In this document: positions 1 to 9,438 of the stretch, piece by piece
Position numbering within the stretch: the first letter of the stretch is position 1
How the letters are laid out: every line of letters begins with the position of its first letter
Virus record (IMG/VR): IMGVR_UViG_3300017963_000243
Span: 1-64,000 of that record
DNA from: an uncultured virus (IMG/VR IMGVR_UViG_3300017963_000243)
Taxonomy: Duplodnaviria > Heunggongvirae > Uroviricota > Caudoviricetes
DNA: 64,000 bases
Direction: 5' to 3' (one strand)
The notes under the pieces: generated by a model
The model's input: only the letters and a program-made list of their open reading frames with translations
What the model was told of the DNA's origin: nothing
Database searches by the model: none
Translations under genes and position numbers: made by a program

Positions 1-7
1 GCCCCTC

Positions 8-883
8 TCAAATTGGTGTCGGAAGCGGCTTGCTGGGCGAATAGCGAAGCCGCGTGACTTCTTCTTTACGGTAGGCGTTCCACGCAATGATGCACTTCGC
101 GAAGATCTCTCTCCGCGTAGCTGCTGACTTGTTGGTGAGGATGTTGGCGCCGGAGTTGAGCGTGGCGGTGAGGAGGAAGTTGTTCAGCTGGCGGTCGGGA
201 AGGTCCGGAGAGATTCCCGTAGCGTCTCGGACAGCGGTCCAGAACCGTCGGCTGAAGTCTTCGCTGATCTTGTAGGTCTCGAAGATGGCGGCTACTACGG
301 CTCCCTTCTTCATGAACTTGAACCCCCCGGAACCCGACGTCTTGGAGAGCTCTTGTACGAAGAGGATGAAGTCCTCATTCTTGGTCAGGAGCTGCGCTCG
401 ATCCTCCCTGCGTTTGGCCATGTACTGCTCACCCCACTTGGCGTAAGCGAGCGCCGTCGTACAGAGATTGACGAGCCACGTGGGCATGTCCATGAGGGAC
501 TCGAGCGTCCCCGCGTAGACGCGGTTGACGTCACCGGCGTTTCGGGAGCTCACTCCAGAATCGAACTTGGAGTAGAGCTCGGCGACCTCCTCCATGTCCT
601 TGCACTCGTAGACCGTCACGTTGACACGCAGGCCCGAGTTGACGAGCTTCGGGTTGGTGTGGAAGAGGTAACTCGTGTGCTGTCCGTTCACGCGGTAGAC
701 GTCGTTGCCCACTTGAGCCGCCGCCCACTGAAAGACGATGGTCTTCTTGGTCTTGACGTCGGCACAGAGTTCTCGGATGCGCTTCTGGCTCAGCGGACGC
801 TCTCGAGGGACGGGCTCCATGGTGGCGTACTTCTTGGCCAGCGCCTTTGTTAACGCGGTCGTTTTGGTGTGCAGAATGCGCAT
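8..883 (-). CDS. ParB-like N-terminal / DGQHR-type domain protein
   Basis: RVNGQHT resembles the (D/N)GQH(R/T) ParB-N core; SD GGGAGG upstream. Confidence 0.55.
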   Translation of the reverse strand: MRILHTKTTALTKALAKKYATMEPVPRERPLSQKRIRELCADVKTKKTIVFQWAAAQVGNDVYRVNGQHTSYLFHTNPKLVNSGLRVNVTVYECKDMEEVAELYSKFDSGVSSRNAGDVNRVYAGTLESLMDMPTWLVNLCTTALAYAKWGEQYMAKRREDRAQLLTKNEDFILFVQELSKTSGSGGFKFMKKGAVVAAIFETYKISEDFSRRFWTAVRDATGISPDLPDRQLNNFLLTATLNSGANILTNKSAATRREIFAKCIIAWNAYRKEEVTRLRYSPSKPLPTPI

Positions 884-958
884 CGGATAGTACCTCCCTC
901 GTAGTTAGCAACCCACATAGGGGACAGATTGATTACTTTTACCACGTAAAAAGGAGTT

Positions 959-1447
959 TTAAGCTTGGCGGTTGAGTAACCGCTCCTTGACGAGTTGCGC
1001 CAAGAAAGAAGTACTCTCTATCTCGTAACCATCCGCGCTTATTGCGATAGCTCCGCCACCGAATTCGTCCGTTCGAGGTTTGCTACAAGAGTCAGCCCAT
1101 TGAAGGAGTACTACGTCTTTTCGATTGTGCTCATGCAAGAACGTAGAGATGAACGAGGCTACTATATCGAGATTAGTCCCTTCCTCTTCGTAGAAGTACG
1201 CCTCGTCCGCATGTTCGTCGATATCCACGGTCCCAGGAGGCCAGCCCCAGTCTAGAACGTCTGGCTTGGCCAACTCAAAAAGTGCGCAGAATTTCTCGAG
1301 CTCTTTCTCTTCTAGCTCCTCGGGATCGATTGACGTGTGGGAGAGAAGCCAAGCACGCTCAGCTCGGTTGTGTATAGAAACGGCGATGCTGTACTGACAG
1401 TAGTTATTAGCCATCGGTTCAATCCTCGTCGTCGAGATAATCGACAT
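959..1447 (-). CDS. hypothetical protein
   Basis: 162-aa acidic ORF on the gene-dense strand. Confidence 0.6.
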   Translation of the reverse strand: MSIISTTRIEPMANNYCQYSIAVSIHNRAERAWLLSHTSIDPEELEEKELEKFCALFELAKPDVLDWGWPPGTVDIDEHADEAYFYEEEGTNLDIVASFISTFLHEHNRKDVVLLQWADSCSKPRTDEFGGGAIAISADGYEIESTSFLAQLVKERLLNRQA

Positions 1448-1619
1448 CTGGTGCCCAGGGGTGCAGGTCCCAGTGCAGGTCCGAGAGCTTGTCAGCTATC
1501 TCGGAGAGTTCCATACGCTCACTGTCTTGAATATCCGCGGTCTCGGAATCCCGAAGATCCCGGATACCGCGGACGCAGATGCCCAGGAGCATCCGCACTT
1601 CTTGGATGTTGACGTTCAT
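1419..1619 (-). CDS. hypothetical protein
   Basis: 66 aa; strong SD AGGAGG directly after tRNA-Lys. Confidence 0.6.
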   Translation of the reverse strand: MNVNIQEVRMLLGICVRGIRDLRDSETADIQDSERMELSEIADKLSDLHWDLHPWAPDVDYLDDED

Positions 1620-1632
1620 ACTGTCCTCCTTG

Positions 1633-1706
<74 letters not shown>

Positions 1707-1712
1707 GGTGTG

Positions 1713-1877
1713 TCGCTGTTTTCGTAACGTCCGCTATTGTACTTCACTGGATGCTAACGATGTCCATTCTGCAACCATGGTGATCCAGGGGTGAATCGTG
1801 ACAACTCTTCAGAGTTGGCGCGATGAACATCACATGGTTGCTTCGTAGTGTGCATCCAGTGATAGCGGACAGAGCGA
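1713..1877 (-). ncRNA. putative rod-shaped structured RNA (~165 nt)
   Basis: Nested inverted repeats 1729-1736/1863-1870, 1744-1754/1852-1862, 1771-1779/1833-1841, 1802-1807/1812-1817; lies between two tRNAs. Confidence 0.65.
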
Positions 1878-1953
1878 ATATGCGTGCACAGAATACACGC
1901 GATTCGAGAAAGTATCTTTCTCTTTGAGCGCTCCGACTCAAACCCACACTTTG

Positions 1954-2038
1954 TACCAGGGACGGGAATCGAACCCGTACGGAGTTACCTCCACAGGATT
2001 TTAAGTCCCGTGCGTCTACCTAGTTCCGCCACCCTGGC
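1954..2038 (-). tRNA. tRNA-Leu(UAA)
   Basis: Class II cloverleaf with long variable arm; loop CT-TAA-AA. Confidence 0.95.
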
Positions 2039-2595
2039 TATTTTTTGGAGATCAAGTCTTCAAGATTGGCAGGTAAGCTGTCAGCATTCTGCTGCACCAT
2101 TGGTTCTACCGGAGGAGGCTCGGGAAGATCAAACTGGTCCTCTTCGGGGAGCTCTTCGATAGCTGCGGAGAGAGGGTCGTCGATTCGGAGAGACTTGGAC
2201 ATCTTGTGCCCTCCGGACCCATAACCCATAGGAGCACCCGAACCGCCTCCACCAATGCCTCCCCCATAAACAGCAGGCTCAGGCCCGGATTCTTCTTCGA
2301 CAGCGCTGTCTACCATGCTGAGCTCGACGCGGAGCTCAGTCACCATGCTGAACAGCTTGGCGTTGATTGAACGTTGGTACTCGAGTTCCCGGGCGAGACG
2401 CTCACGATCCTTCTCAGCGCTCTTGAACTGGTCTCGAATCAGATCAAGAACCATCTCGCTCTTGTCGTCAGCTTTCTGGGCCTTTTCACCTGCGGTATCA
2501 AAAACATTGAATCCCACAGCAGTGATGAGAGCTGCTACCCCCGAGAGGATGCCGCCCCACGTCCCGGTAATCCTTGCCGCGCGTGATTCTGCCAT
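2038..2595 (-). CDS. hypothetical protein with N-terminal TM segment and coiled coil
   Basis: Hydrophobic WGGILSGVAALITAVGF, then a charged helical region; SD AGGAGG. Confidence 0.65.
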   Translation of the reverse strand: MAESRAARITGTWGGILSGVAALITAVGFNVFDTAGEKAQKADDKSEMVLDLIRDQFKSAEKDRERLARELEYQRSINAKLFSMVTELRVELSMVDSAVEEESGPEPAVYGGGIGGGGSGAPMGYGSGGHKMSKSLRIDDPLSAAIEELPEEDQFDLPEPPPVEPMVQQNADSLPANLEDLISKK

Positions 2596-2651
2596 GTCAG
2601 AAAACCTCCTGACTTAAGCATACGACGACTTTTACCAAAAAAGAATTAGGA

Positions 2652-3320
2652 TTAGCGGGTGTTAGGCACGTCAACAGTAGCGACGATTCGAACCCTGTTC
2701 AGATCTTCGTATGTCTGGAATGCGAGGGAAGGGAGGCCCTGAACGGTCACGCGGTCTCTAGCTCTGTCAGGAACAGAGAGGTCGTCTCTGTCGAGCTGGA
2801 TAGAGAAAGGATGGCCGCCCTTAAAGGACTGTGCGAAGACTCCCCCTGCCTGGAGGATGAAGGGGCGAGTCGCCACAGGATCTTCCGCAATGGTCTCGTT
2901 GTAGGGATCAAACGCACCGTAGTAGACTCCCACTGCTCCAACATCACAGCGAACGATCAGGCTCGTGAGCAACAGCTGCCCTCCAAACTTAGGCTGCATT
3001 GCCAGTCTATTCTCTACCGGAAACTGGATAGCGTAGAGCCAACCCGGATCGATGTAGATAGGGATCGACTTCAGGTAATCTGGGAAGTCTGAAAAGTCTT
3101 TAGCGTCGTTTGTAGGCCCCAGATCAAGAGTCGCTACAAGACGAGATTTAAAATCCTCATCGAAGTCGAAGTGGATTACGGGCTTCTTATCCGCAGCGTC
3201 ATTTTCTTGGAGAGGGAAAGTGAGCGCGCCTTCAGTTTTGATGTGCCCAGACCGGTTGTCATACTGGGCTACGAGTGCTGAAGCAGGAAACGCCTGGTTG
3301 GATGTGGGTGCAGATGCCAT
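2652..3320 (-). CDS. hypothetical (probable virion) protein
   Basis: 222 aa, coupled to the upstream gene; last gene of a putative late operon. Confidence 0.6.
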   Translation of the reverse strand: MASAPTSNQAFPASALVAQYDNRSGHIKTEGALTFPLQENDAADKKPVIHFDFDEDFKSRLVATLDLGPTNDAKDFSDFPDYLKSIPIYIDPGWLYAIQFPVENRLAMQPKFGGQLLLTSLIVRCDVGAVGVYYGAFDPYNETIAEDPVATRPFILQAGGVFAQSFKGGHPFSIQLDRDDLSVPDRARDRVTVQGLPSLAFQTYEDLNRVRIVATVDVPNTR

Positions 3321-3946
3321 TAGACGTACTCCACGAATCTGTAGAAGCTCGTCACAGAGAGGCGAACTCCCGTTGTAGTGGTAGCCTGAATCCCCAAGAG
3401 GCCCATGGCAGAGTTAGCGACTCCTGCTTCATCCGTCCCCATGAGGGGAGGGTTGGGGTCAGCCCAAAAAAGGAAATCTCCCTTTTCCATGGGGTATGGG
3501 ACGTACTGGGTAGACCTCACTGAAGGTCCGAGTTGCATCTGGTTATTGAGCATGATGCAGGACCCTTCAGTGCACTCAATGTAGAGTGCGACCAAGTACC
3601 CCCAGAGGCCCGGACCGTACTCGAAAGAGTATGCGGGTTCATATACGGGATACGCGGCGTAGAGCCCGTACTGATCGTCCAACATGTACCCCAAGCCCAC
3701 CGAAGGATCGAACGAGTGTTCAATAGAGTACATGGCGTGGTAGTCCACGTCTGATACTAACTCCTCGAGAACTGCCGATTTGTCGACATCAGGCTTACCC
3801 ATGTCGAACTCACTCGAGAAGTCTACTCCGAGTTTGAATTCGGTCTCAGGAAGCGTAAGAGGATTAGGCAGTAGCCCGAGGATTCCTGAGCCTACCGCGA
3901 AGCCTCCGAAAGCTCCCGAGCCAAATGCGCCTGATCCGAATCCCAT
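3320..3946 (-). CDS. hypothetical virion protein
   Basis: N-terminal GFGSGAFGSGAFGG repeat of the kind seen in phage tail/baseplate proteins. Confidence 0.55.
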   Translation of the reverse strand: MGFGSGAFGSGAFGGFAVGSGILGLLPNPLTLPETEFKLGVDFSSEFDMGKPDVDKSAVLEELVSDVDYHAMYSIEHSFDPSVGLGYMLDDQYGLYAAYPVYEPAYSFEYGPGLWGYLVALYIECTEGSCIMLNNQMQLGPSVRSTQYVPYPMEKGDFLFWADPNPPLMGTDEAGVANSAMGLLGIQATTTTGVRLSVTSFYRFVEYV

Positions 3947-3957
3947 GACTTACTCCG

Positions 3958-4416
3958 TTACTTGGCTGCCGTGGCCTGCTCCAACAAGAAAATTCCGGTG
4001 CCTCCGCTGTTCAAAAAAACAGGGATGTCTGCAACTCCGAACGGCCCAGCTCCTATGCCGGTACTCCCCACTATCCCAGGAGTATTCCACTTGACACCCG
4101 CAGGTCCTGATACGTATAGCGCCTGGCCTGAAGGAATAGCGAAGGGGCCTCCCATTAACCGGATGGACGCGAATCCCCACCGCGGAACGAGCAGGTACAC
4201 GACATCCAATAGCGTCAAGGTCGATGTAGGGCTATCCCAAGACATGTCCCCGTAGGTTTGAGGCCCCAAAATGATGCCGATACGCTGCTGCGTCATCATG
4301 ATCTCGATATCGAGATCCGACATCTGACCTTCGTATTGCTCGTCCCACGGATCGAGATCTGCAGCGGGATACCGAATGTTCAAGTTGGAAGTGTATCTGT
4401 AGTTCGGGTCAGCCAT
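3958..4416 (-). CDS. tail-fiber-like paralog 3
   Basis: Shares the MADP..T.nL.l.YP..dldPwD N-terminus with the two upstream ORFs. Confidence 0.55.
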   Translation of the reverse strand: MADPNYRYTSNLNIRYPAADLDPWDEQYEGQMSDLDIEIMMTQQRIGIILGPQTYGDMSWDSPTSTLTLLDVVYLLVPRWGFASIRLMGGPFAIPSGQALYVSGPAGVKWNTPGIVGSTGIGAGPFGVADIPVFLNSGGTGIFLLEQATAAK

Positions 4417-4427
4417 CTTTCACTCCT

Positions 4428-4901
4428 TTAAAGCGTAGACGGGTATGCGAAATGGTCTTGAATGCCCATGACGAATGCGCCTGCGATGTGAAGACCGAAT
4501 ACTACTTGCCCTCTAACGTAAGCGGCAGGGGCGGTAGGCGTCACAAACAACTCAGCAGCACCTATAGCGTACGTACTGTCCCAAGGGATATCCTCAGGGA
4601 CGTTCATCAACACGTAGTTGTCGGCTGGAACTACAAGAGGAGTGGCCCCGTCACCCCATGTAAAGACACCGCCAAAGATGGGACACAGCATTGTGAACCC
4701 ATTGATGGTGAGCGTGGTCGACGCAGTGTCCCACTCTATCTTGCGCCCAACGAACGCCAATCGTGCCGACTGCATGGCGAAAAGGATGGTCACGTCAAGT
4801 CGGTCCATCTGCTCGATGTACTTGTCATCCCACGGATCGAGATCCTTCGCAGGATACGATAAGTGGAGATTCGAAGTTACTCTGATATCAGGATCAGCCA
4901 T
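4428..4901 (-). CDS. tail-fiber-like paralog 2
   Basis: Begins MADPDIRVTSNLHLSYPAKDLDPWDD. Confidence 0.55.
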   Translation of the reverse strand: MADPDIRVTSNLHLSYPAKDLDPWDDKYIEQMDRLDVTILFAMQSARLAFVGRKIEWDTASTTLTINGFTMLCPIFGGVFTWGDGATPLVVPADNYVLMNVPEDIPWDSTYAIGAAELFVTPTAPAAYVRGQVVFGLHIAGAFVMGIQDHFAYPSTL

Positions 4902-4914
4902 GACTCAGCACTCC

Positions 4915-5409
4915 TTACGGGAACGAAATGGTACGCGATGTCGTCCTGAGGAGGAACGCGATCTCTCCAGGCATGGACCCGTCGTAAACTAATAGCGGGA
5001 TGCGTCTCTCGTTGGGTTCATAAGTAGACATGTCTGCGGTGAATATTCCGTTCGCGGCCCACATACCTGTACCTCTCCACCAAGGGTTAGGCGATGCTGA
5101 ACCGACATCAACATACGCAAGTTGTGAAGGCGATACCGCGAGGCTCGTGGGGCCAAGGGTGATGACTCCCCCGGTAGCAGAGACATACAGACGGATGTTA
5201 CCGTTGACTGTAAGCTGAGAACCATTCCACGTCAGATAAGTGTTTAAATCCCCTGCATCCACCAAAACAGTACCGATATTGACCGAATAGGCCAGCCACT
5301 TTTCAAGATCATTCATCTGCTGGATGATCTGCTTGTCATCAGGTATCAGGCCCGTGTTCGGGTACTTGAGCCTAAGATATTCAGTTTGTCGGGTGCTTGG
5401 ATCGGCCAT
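4915..5409 (-). CDS. tail-fiber-like paralog 1
   Basis: Begins MADPSTRQTEYLRLKYP; preceded by the TATACTT motif and SD AAGGAGG. Confidence 0.55.
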   Translation of the reverse strand: MADPSTRQTEYLRLKYPNTGLIPDDKQIIQQMNDLEKWLAYSVNIGTVLVDAGDLNTYLTWNGSQLTVNGNIRLYVSATGGVITLGPTSLAVSPSQLAYVDVGSASPNPWWRGTGMWAANGIFTADMSTYEPNERRIPLLVYDGSMPGEIAFLLRTTSRTISFP

Positions 5410-5474
5410 GGGAGTGCGCCTCCTTCTAGTGAATTTCAGCTAAAGTATAGGCCGAAAGCCAAAAAAATGCGACT

Positions 5475-5699
5475 TCAGTCTTCGGGGTCAGGTTCGAGTC
5501 GTGCCTCGGACTCTCGGATAGCAGCCAAGCACTTTGGGCAGTTGGAGTACTGCACCTCAGGGGTGTACTTGGTGCCATCCGTAGAGACGTAGACTTCGTC
5601 TAAGGGAGAGTCGTCTTTATCGAAGTCTGGAGACACCCACTTCCCGCTACAGCAGATTCTGTAACGGGGAGGGTCGTATGCGTCTGTGCAGTGAACCAT
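5475..5699 (-). CDS. small Cys-rich hypothetical protein (start revised to ATG 5699)
   Basis: SD GGGAGG precedes MVHCTDAY; contains CxxC. Confidence 0.55.
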   Translation of the reverse strand: MVHCTDAYDPPRYRICCSGKWVSPDFDKDDSPLDEVYVSTDGTKYTPEVQYSNCPKCLAAIRESEARLEPDPED

Positions 5700-5719
5700 G
5701 TCGGCCTCCCTACTACTAG

Positions 5720-5883
5720 AGTAGCACCTTTGGATTCGACATCCAAGGCGCTCCTGGCAGCCTCCTGTAGGCGCCATTCATCAGCTTACCGGGTTAATAT
5801 CTCCGTGTCAGGTACTAGAGATGCATGGCGCCTACAGGGGCAGCCGGAGGTCCTTGGATGTCGGACTCCGAACGTACGCTACT
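5720..5883. ncRNA. putative long rod-shaped RNA hairpin (~164 nt)
   Basis: GACATCCAAGG/CCTTGGATGTC (11 bp) and CCTGTAGGCGCCAT/ATGGCGCCTACAGG (14 bp) nested with further stems; intergenic. Confidence 0.65.
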
Positions 5884-5963
5884 GTGGCGCTAAATTATCC
5901 CGGCGAACAAGGACGTAACGTCCTCTACCCCACTCAGCGGTTTGGGGGTGCTAGTAGAGATTG

Positions 5964-6731
5964 CTATTGGTTTTCGTACAGCCGACCGGCGAGGTGTCCG
6001 TATCCGCGTTCGTAAAGATCGGAGAGGGTGTTTGCACGTTCGCGCGCTTCCCGCATCCCTTCGAGGGTACCTTCGCCTCCACCGAGAGCAGCTCCAGCAA
6101 TCTGGGATTGGAGACGTGAGCTAGTGTCCTCATCCTCACCACCCCCGAGACCACCCAAAGCGGCTCCTGAGAGAGCACCTTCGAGTCCACGCTCCGTCAT
6201 GAGCTCCTTCATGAGCCCTTCACGAATGTCTCCGTACTCTTGGGGTGTGAGCGGCTGCGCCGTCTGCTCTTGGATACCGCGAGCATGCGGTACGAGCCCC
6301 TCATGCGTGCCGTAAGGCATATGACGCGGAACGCGACCTTCCTGAGCAATCTCACCGAGGGTTGTCCCCCAACGCTTTCCGTGACGCTCAGCACCGCTAC
6401 GGCGCGATAAACCGCTCAAGGCACCAAGCCCACCGCCCCCGAGGAGACCCAGGCCGCCTCCGATGAGCGCACCCTTTCCTCCTCCGAGTCCGTATCCGAG
6501 GCCGCCTCCCAAGAGTCCTCCGAGGCCACCCCCGACGATGCCTCCCGTGGTGGGAGCATCACGGTGACGTTCGTAGCCTTCTTGGCCCTTCATCTTGGAA
6601 AACGCCTGGATCTCCTCAGGAGTAATTTCACGCCGCTTATTCCCCGTGAGGGCTGCGGCGATATCTTCTTCCGTGATCTCAGCCAACTTGGTCATCACTT
6701 CGCGGTAACCTTGAACAAATGCGGGATGCAT
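5964..6731 (-). CDS. glycine-zipper protein, probable virion internal protein (start revised to 6731)
   Basis: GGLGGLLGGGLGYGLGG repeats, N-terminal KLA motif, TATACTT motif and SD GAAGGAGG. Confidence 0.7.
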   Translation of the reverse strand: MHPAFVQGYREVMTKLAEITEEDIAAALTGNKRREITPEEIQAFSKMKGQEGYERHRDAPTTGGIVGGGLGGLLGGGLGYGLGGGKGALIGGGLGLLGGGGLGALSGLSRRSGAERHGKRWGTTLGEIAQEGRVPRHMPYGTHEGLVPHARGIQEQTAQPLTPQEYGDIREGLMKELMTERGLEGALSGAALGGLGGGEDEDTSSRLQSQIAGAALGGGEGTLEGMREARERANTLSDLYERGYGHLAGRLYENQ

Positions 6732-6767
6732 GGGGGAACCTCCTTCAAAGTTCCTCACAAGTATAGT

Positions 6768-7550
6768 TCAAGAGACCTCTACAATCCAAGGAGAATATGT
6801 CTTGTTTCTCTGGAAGTAGTAGCCGTGCTGGTTACAGACGAAACGCGTTTCGAAGTACGTAACGTCCACGCGAGGACCGTGGTCATGCCCGTAGACCCAC
6901 AGCTCAGGCTCGTACCGGTCTATGATCCTGGAGAGATCGGATTCGAAGGCTGCACGCGTGAGCGTCTTCAAGAACTTCGGAGGGTGTAGCTGTTTAAGAG
7001 GGGCGCAGTGGGTCACTACGACCGTGGGTCGGCGCTTGTTTCGTGTAGCCAGTGCCTCCTCGAGCCACTCACGACAACGCATATGCTCTCGCGTCCAGAC
7101 GAAGGGAGTCATCGGTCCATAATCCCCGCGAACCTTTATGACGGGTGCTCTCTCCTTCGAATCGATTTTGAAGTCCGTAATGGCCGTCTGAACAGCCAAG
7201 GCATCAAGAGGGTTGCTGATGTCCGACCAGAGAGTCGTACCTAGAAACTGAACACGCGAGATTGTTTGCATGTCCTTTTCTAGGAGGTAGACCGCAGGGA
7301 ACTCGGCGACGACTTTTCGGTATTCGTCCAGTGCGTCCGGGAAGTACCTGCCGTAGTACTCGTGGTTTCCCAAGACGTAGACGATGGGAATGTGCTTCTG
7401 CTTGAGGATCCTACGAAAGACTTTACGCAGACTGGCAGGCTTCTTGTGGATGTCGCCCGCCAAAACCAGCACTTCAGCGTCAGGATGGACTTCGATCTTC
7501 GTCTTCGAGTGGAGCTCCAGATGGAAGTCCGAGGCGATTTGAATTTTCAT
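6768..7550 (-). CDS. calcineurin-like metallophosphoesterase
   Basis: Motifs SDFHLE, LAGDI, LGNHEYY, VTH, YGHDH. Confidence 0.9.
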   Translation of the reverse strand: MKIQIASDFHLELHSKTKIEVHPDAEVLVLAGDIHKKPASLRKVFRRILKQKHIPIVYVLGNHEYYGRYFPDALDEYRKVVAEFPAVYLLEKDMQTISRVQFLGTTLWSDISNPLDALAVQTAITDFKIDSKERAPVIKVRGDYGPMTPFVWTREHMRCREWLEEALATRNKRRPTVVVTHCAPLKQLHPPKFLKTLTRAAFESDLSRIIDRYEPELWVYGHDHGPRVDVTYFETRFVCNQHGYYFQRNKTYSPWIVEVS

Positions 7551-7574
7551 CTTCGAGCTCCTTTGTTTTGAGAT

Positions 7575-7919
7575 TTACCTCGTAAAGTCCAGCTTGGTCT
7601 GGCGCGGGTCGTCTGGTATCGGAGGCCCAAGGTCTTCTTCCTGAGTCTCTGGAGTCCGGAAATCCAGCTCCTCTGGGATCGTCCAGAGTCGAGGCAGCTT
7701 CTCTACTTCAGTTACGCTGTCAATGTCGGGGTGGTCGCTCGCGAAGTCGTCTAGGTCCCAACCCGAGTACGCCTCTACTATGTCTGTTATGTCAGGAGCT
7801 ACGTTGTCTCTAGCTGAATCCTTGGTGTCTGCGTACACGTAGACTTCAGCTACTTCCACCGCCGTGCGTGATACTTTAACTTTGAACATCGGCATCGCCG
7901 TCACCTCCCCTTGCTGCAC
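7575..7919 (-). CDS. hypothetical protein
   Basis: Acidic ORF in operon; start uncertain. Confidence 0.55.
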   Translation of the reverse strand: MQQGEVTAMPMFKVKVSRTAVEVAEVYVYADTKDSARDNVAPDITDIVEAYSGWDLDDFASDHPDIDSVTEVEKLPRLWTIPEELDFRTPETQEEDLGPPIPDDPRQTKLDFTR

Positions 7920-8184
7920 GGGCTTTCTTTAGACGCTCCGCCATGGCTGCTCGTTGCTCTTCCGAAATTTCTCGTTTGGTGTCCTCCTTGAGAACCGCGC
8001 CTTTGGCACGCGGATTATACCTCGACCAGTCGAAGTCAGGCTCTAATTTACGGTACGGCATCCAGCGGTAGAGAGAGCAGCTAGGAACCTCACAATCAAC
8101 CTTGCCATCTTCGTACTGTCCGCAGCACTCGTGGCATTTTTTGAGCATAGCTTCACTGCGTCCTGGTCCTTTAGACTTGGCCAT
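7876..8184 (-). CDS. Cys-rich hypothetical protein
   Basis: CHECCG...CEVPSCSLY pattern; SD AGGAG. Confidence 0.6.
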   Translation of the reverse strand: MAKSKGPGRSEAMLKKCHECCGQYEDGKVDCEVPSCSLYRWMPYRKLEPDFDWSRYNPRAKGAVLKEDTKREISEEQRAAMAERLKKARAARGGDGDADVQS

Positions 8185-8357
8185 GAGGTCACTCCTGTGG
8201 GTTTGTAAAAGTCCTCGTCTTTCCGAGGCGTCACCGGTTCCGTCCCTTGTCTGATAATGCTGTTCGCTCCTCCCACGGGCCCACCAAGACTGGGCCTTCT
8301 ACTCTTGGCCTCAGCCTTCTAGGGAGGGTCAGTCACCGGAAACCATCTCTCAAGCAC

Positions 8358-8562
8358 TCTCACACTACTGTGATGGGAAGTATCCCACCCGTGGTTCTTG
8401 CCAGGGTATTGACTAAGCCTACATTCGTCCACTCGTCCGTAGGCTTAAGAGATACGCTGGCTTGAACCTGGGGTGGGTTCTTGCCGACTGCTAGTGACAT
8501 AATTAGCCACTATGAGAACGTAACGTTCTCTGTCTCGAGATGTAGTAGACACTAGTGTGGGA
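8358..8562 (-). ncRNA. putative multi-stem structured RNA (~205 nt)
   Basis: Closing stem CACACTA/TAGTGTG, three short hairpins and a ~95-nt rod (8384-8477). Confidence 0.6.
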
Positions 8563-8563
8563 T

Positions 8564-9133
8564 CTAGACTTCTGGGTACTCGTACTCGACGAAGCAAAGC
8601 GCGACGTAGACCAGGCCGTACGCAGCGTCAACGATAATGTCCCGAGTGTAGTAGGTCACATCAACGATATCGAAAGTCCTCGGGTCTCCCTTGTACCGTC
8701 TTTCGACGATACCTTCGAGGTCCTTCTTGAGAATGGCCTTAGCTTTCTCTTTCGAACCGTGACCTTCGTACTCGGCGGCGAAACCCCCGAGGTGCTCGCG
8801 ATTACCGTCATCGTCCACGACGTAAACTTGGCACGTACCGATACCGGCACAGAGGTGCTCCCCCTCGACACCCTCCATCTGAGCTTTGATAGTTTCGAGC
8901 ACTGCACCATGGTGGACCAACCCGAGCTTCTTAGCTTGCTCGAGCTTGATCTCCTTGGCTTCCGGCGGAAGAACGCTGGTGTACGTCATCACGTTGAAGT
9001 TTTCGATGCCGCCATCCAGGAGGGCCATATCATATGCGGAAGTCTCGTAGTGGTCAGAGCCCGTCTCAGCACTGGACTGCCCCGCACCGGAGGTTACGAA
9101 GTAGAGTGTAGGAATTCGACATTTGGTTCTCAT
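8564..9133 (-). CDS. pdaD: pyruvoyl-dependent arginine decarboxylase (PdaD family)
   Basis: AYDMALLDGGIENFNVMTYT-SVLPP self-cleavage region; GFAAEYEG. Confidence 0.85.
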   Translation of the reverse strand: MRTKCRIPTLYFVTSGAGQSSAETGSDHYETSAYDMALLDGGIENFNVMTYTSVLPPEAKEIKLEQAKKLGLVHHGAVLETIKAQMEGVEGEHLCAGIGTCQVYVVDDDGNREHLGGFAAEYEGHGSKEKAKAILKKDLEGIVERRYKGDPRTFDIVDVTYYTRDIIVDAAYGLVYVALCFVEYEYPEV

Positions 9134-9438
9134 CTGTGTTTTCTCCCCTTCAGACGTTTCGTATTGATGTTGTTAGCTACCGGAATCATACGATCTCGCG
9201 CCACAGGATTGGCGGTGTGTACCCCTATAAAAGGCGCATAGTTGACGTACTCGTGCGCACGCCGTTCGATGCGATAGAGGATGTCGTACCCAGTCTTGGT
9301 TCCTCCAAGATCGTGATCAAGACTGATAACATCAAAGTCCCAGTCGTTCTGCTCGAGGAGCTTCATCGCAGATTTGTAACTTTTGGCCCAGATCCAACCG
9401 TCGGGAGCGGGACGTACGTCGTCTACCCAGAGTTTCAT
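9130..9438 (-). CDS. cyclic-phosphate-processing receiver domain protein
   Basis: MKLWVDDVRPAP...ISLDHDLG..TGYD...VHTANPVAR signature. Confidence 0.85.
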   Translation of the reverse strand: MKLWVDDVRPAPDGWIWAKSYKSAMKLLEQNDWDFDVISLDHDLGGTKTGYDILYRIERRAHEYVNYAPFIGVHTANPVARDRMIPVANNINTKRLKGRKHR

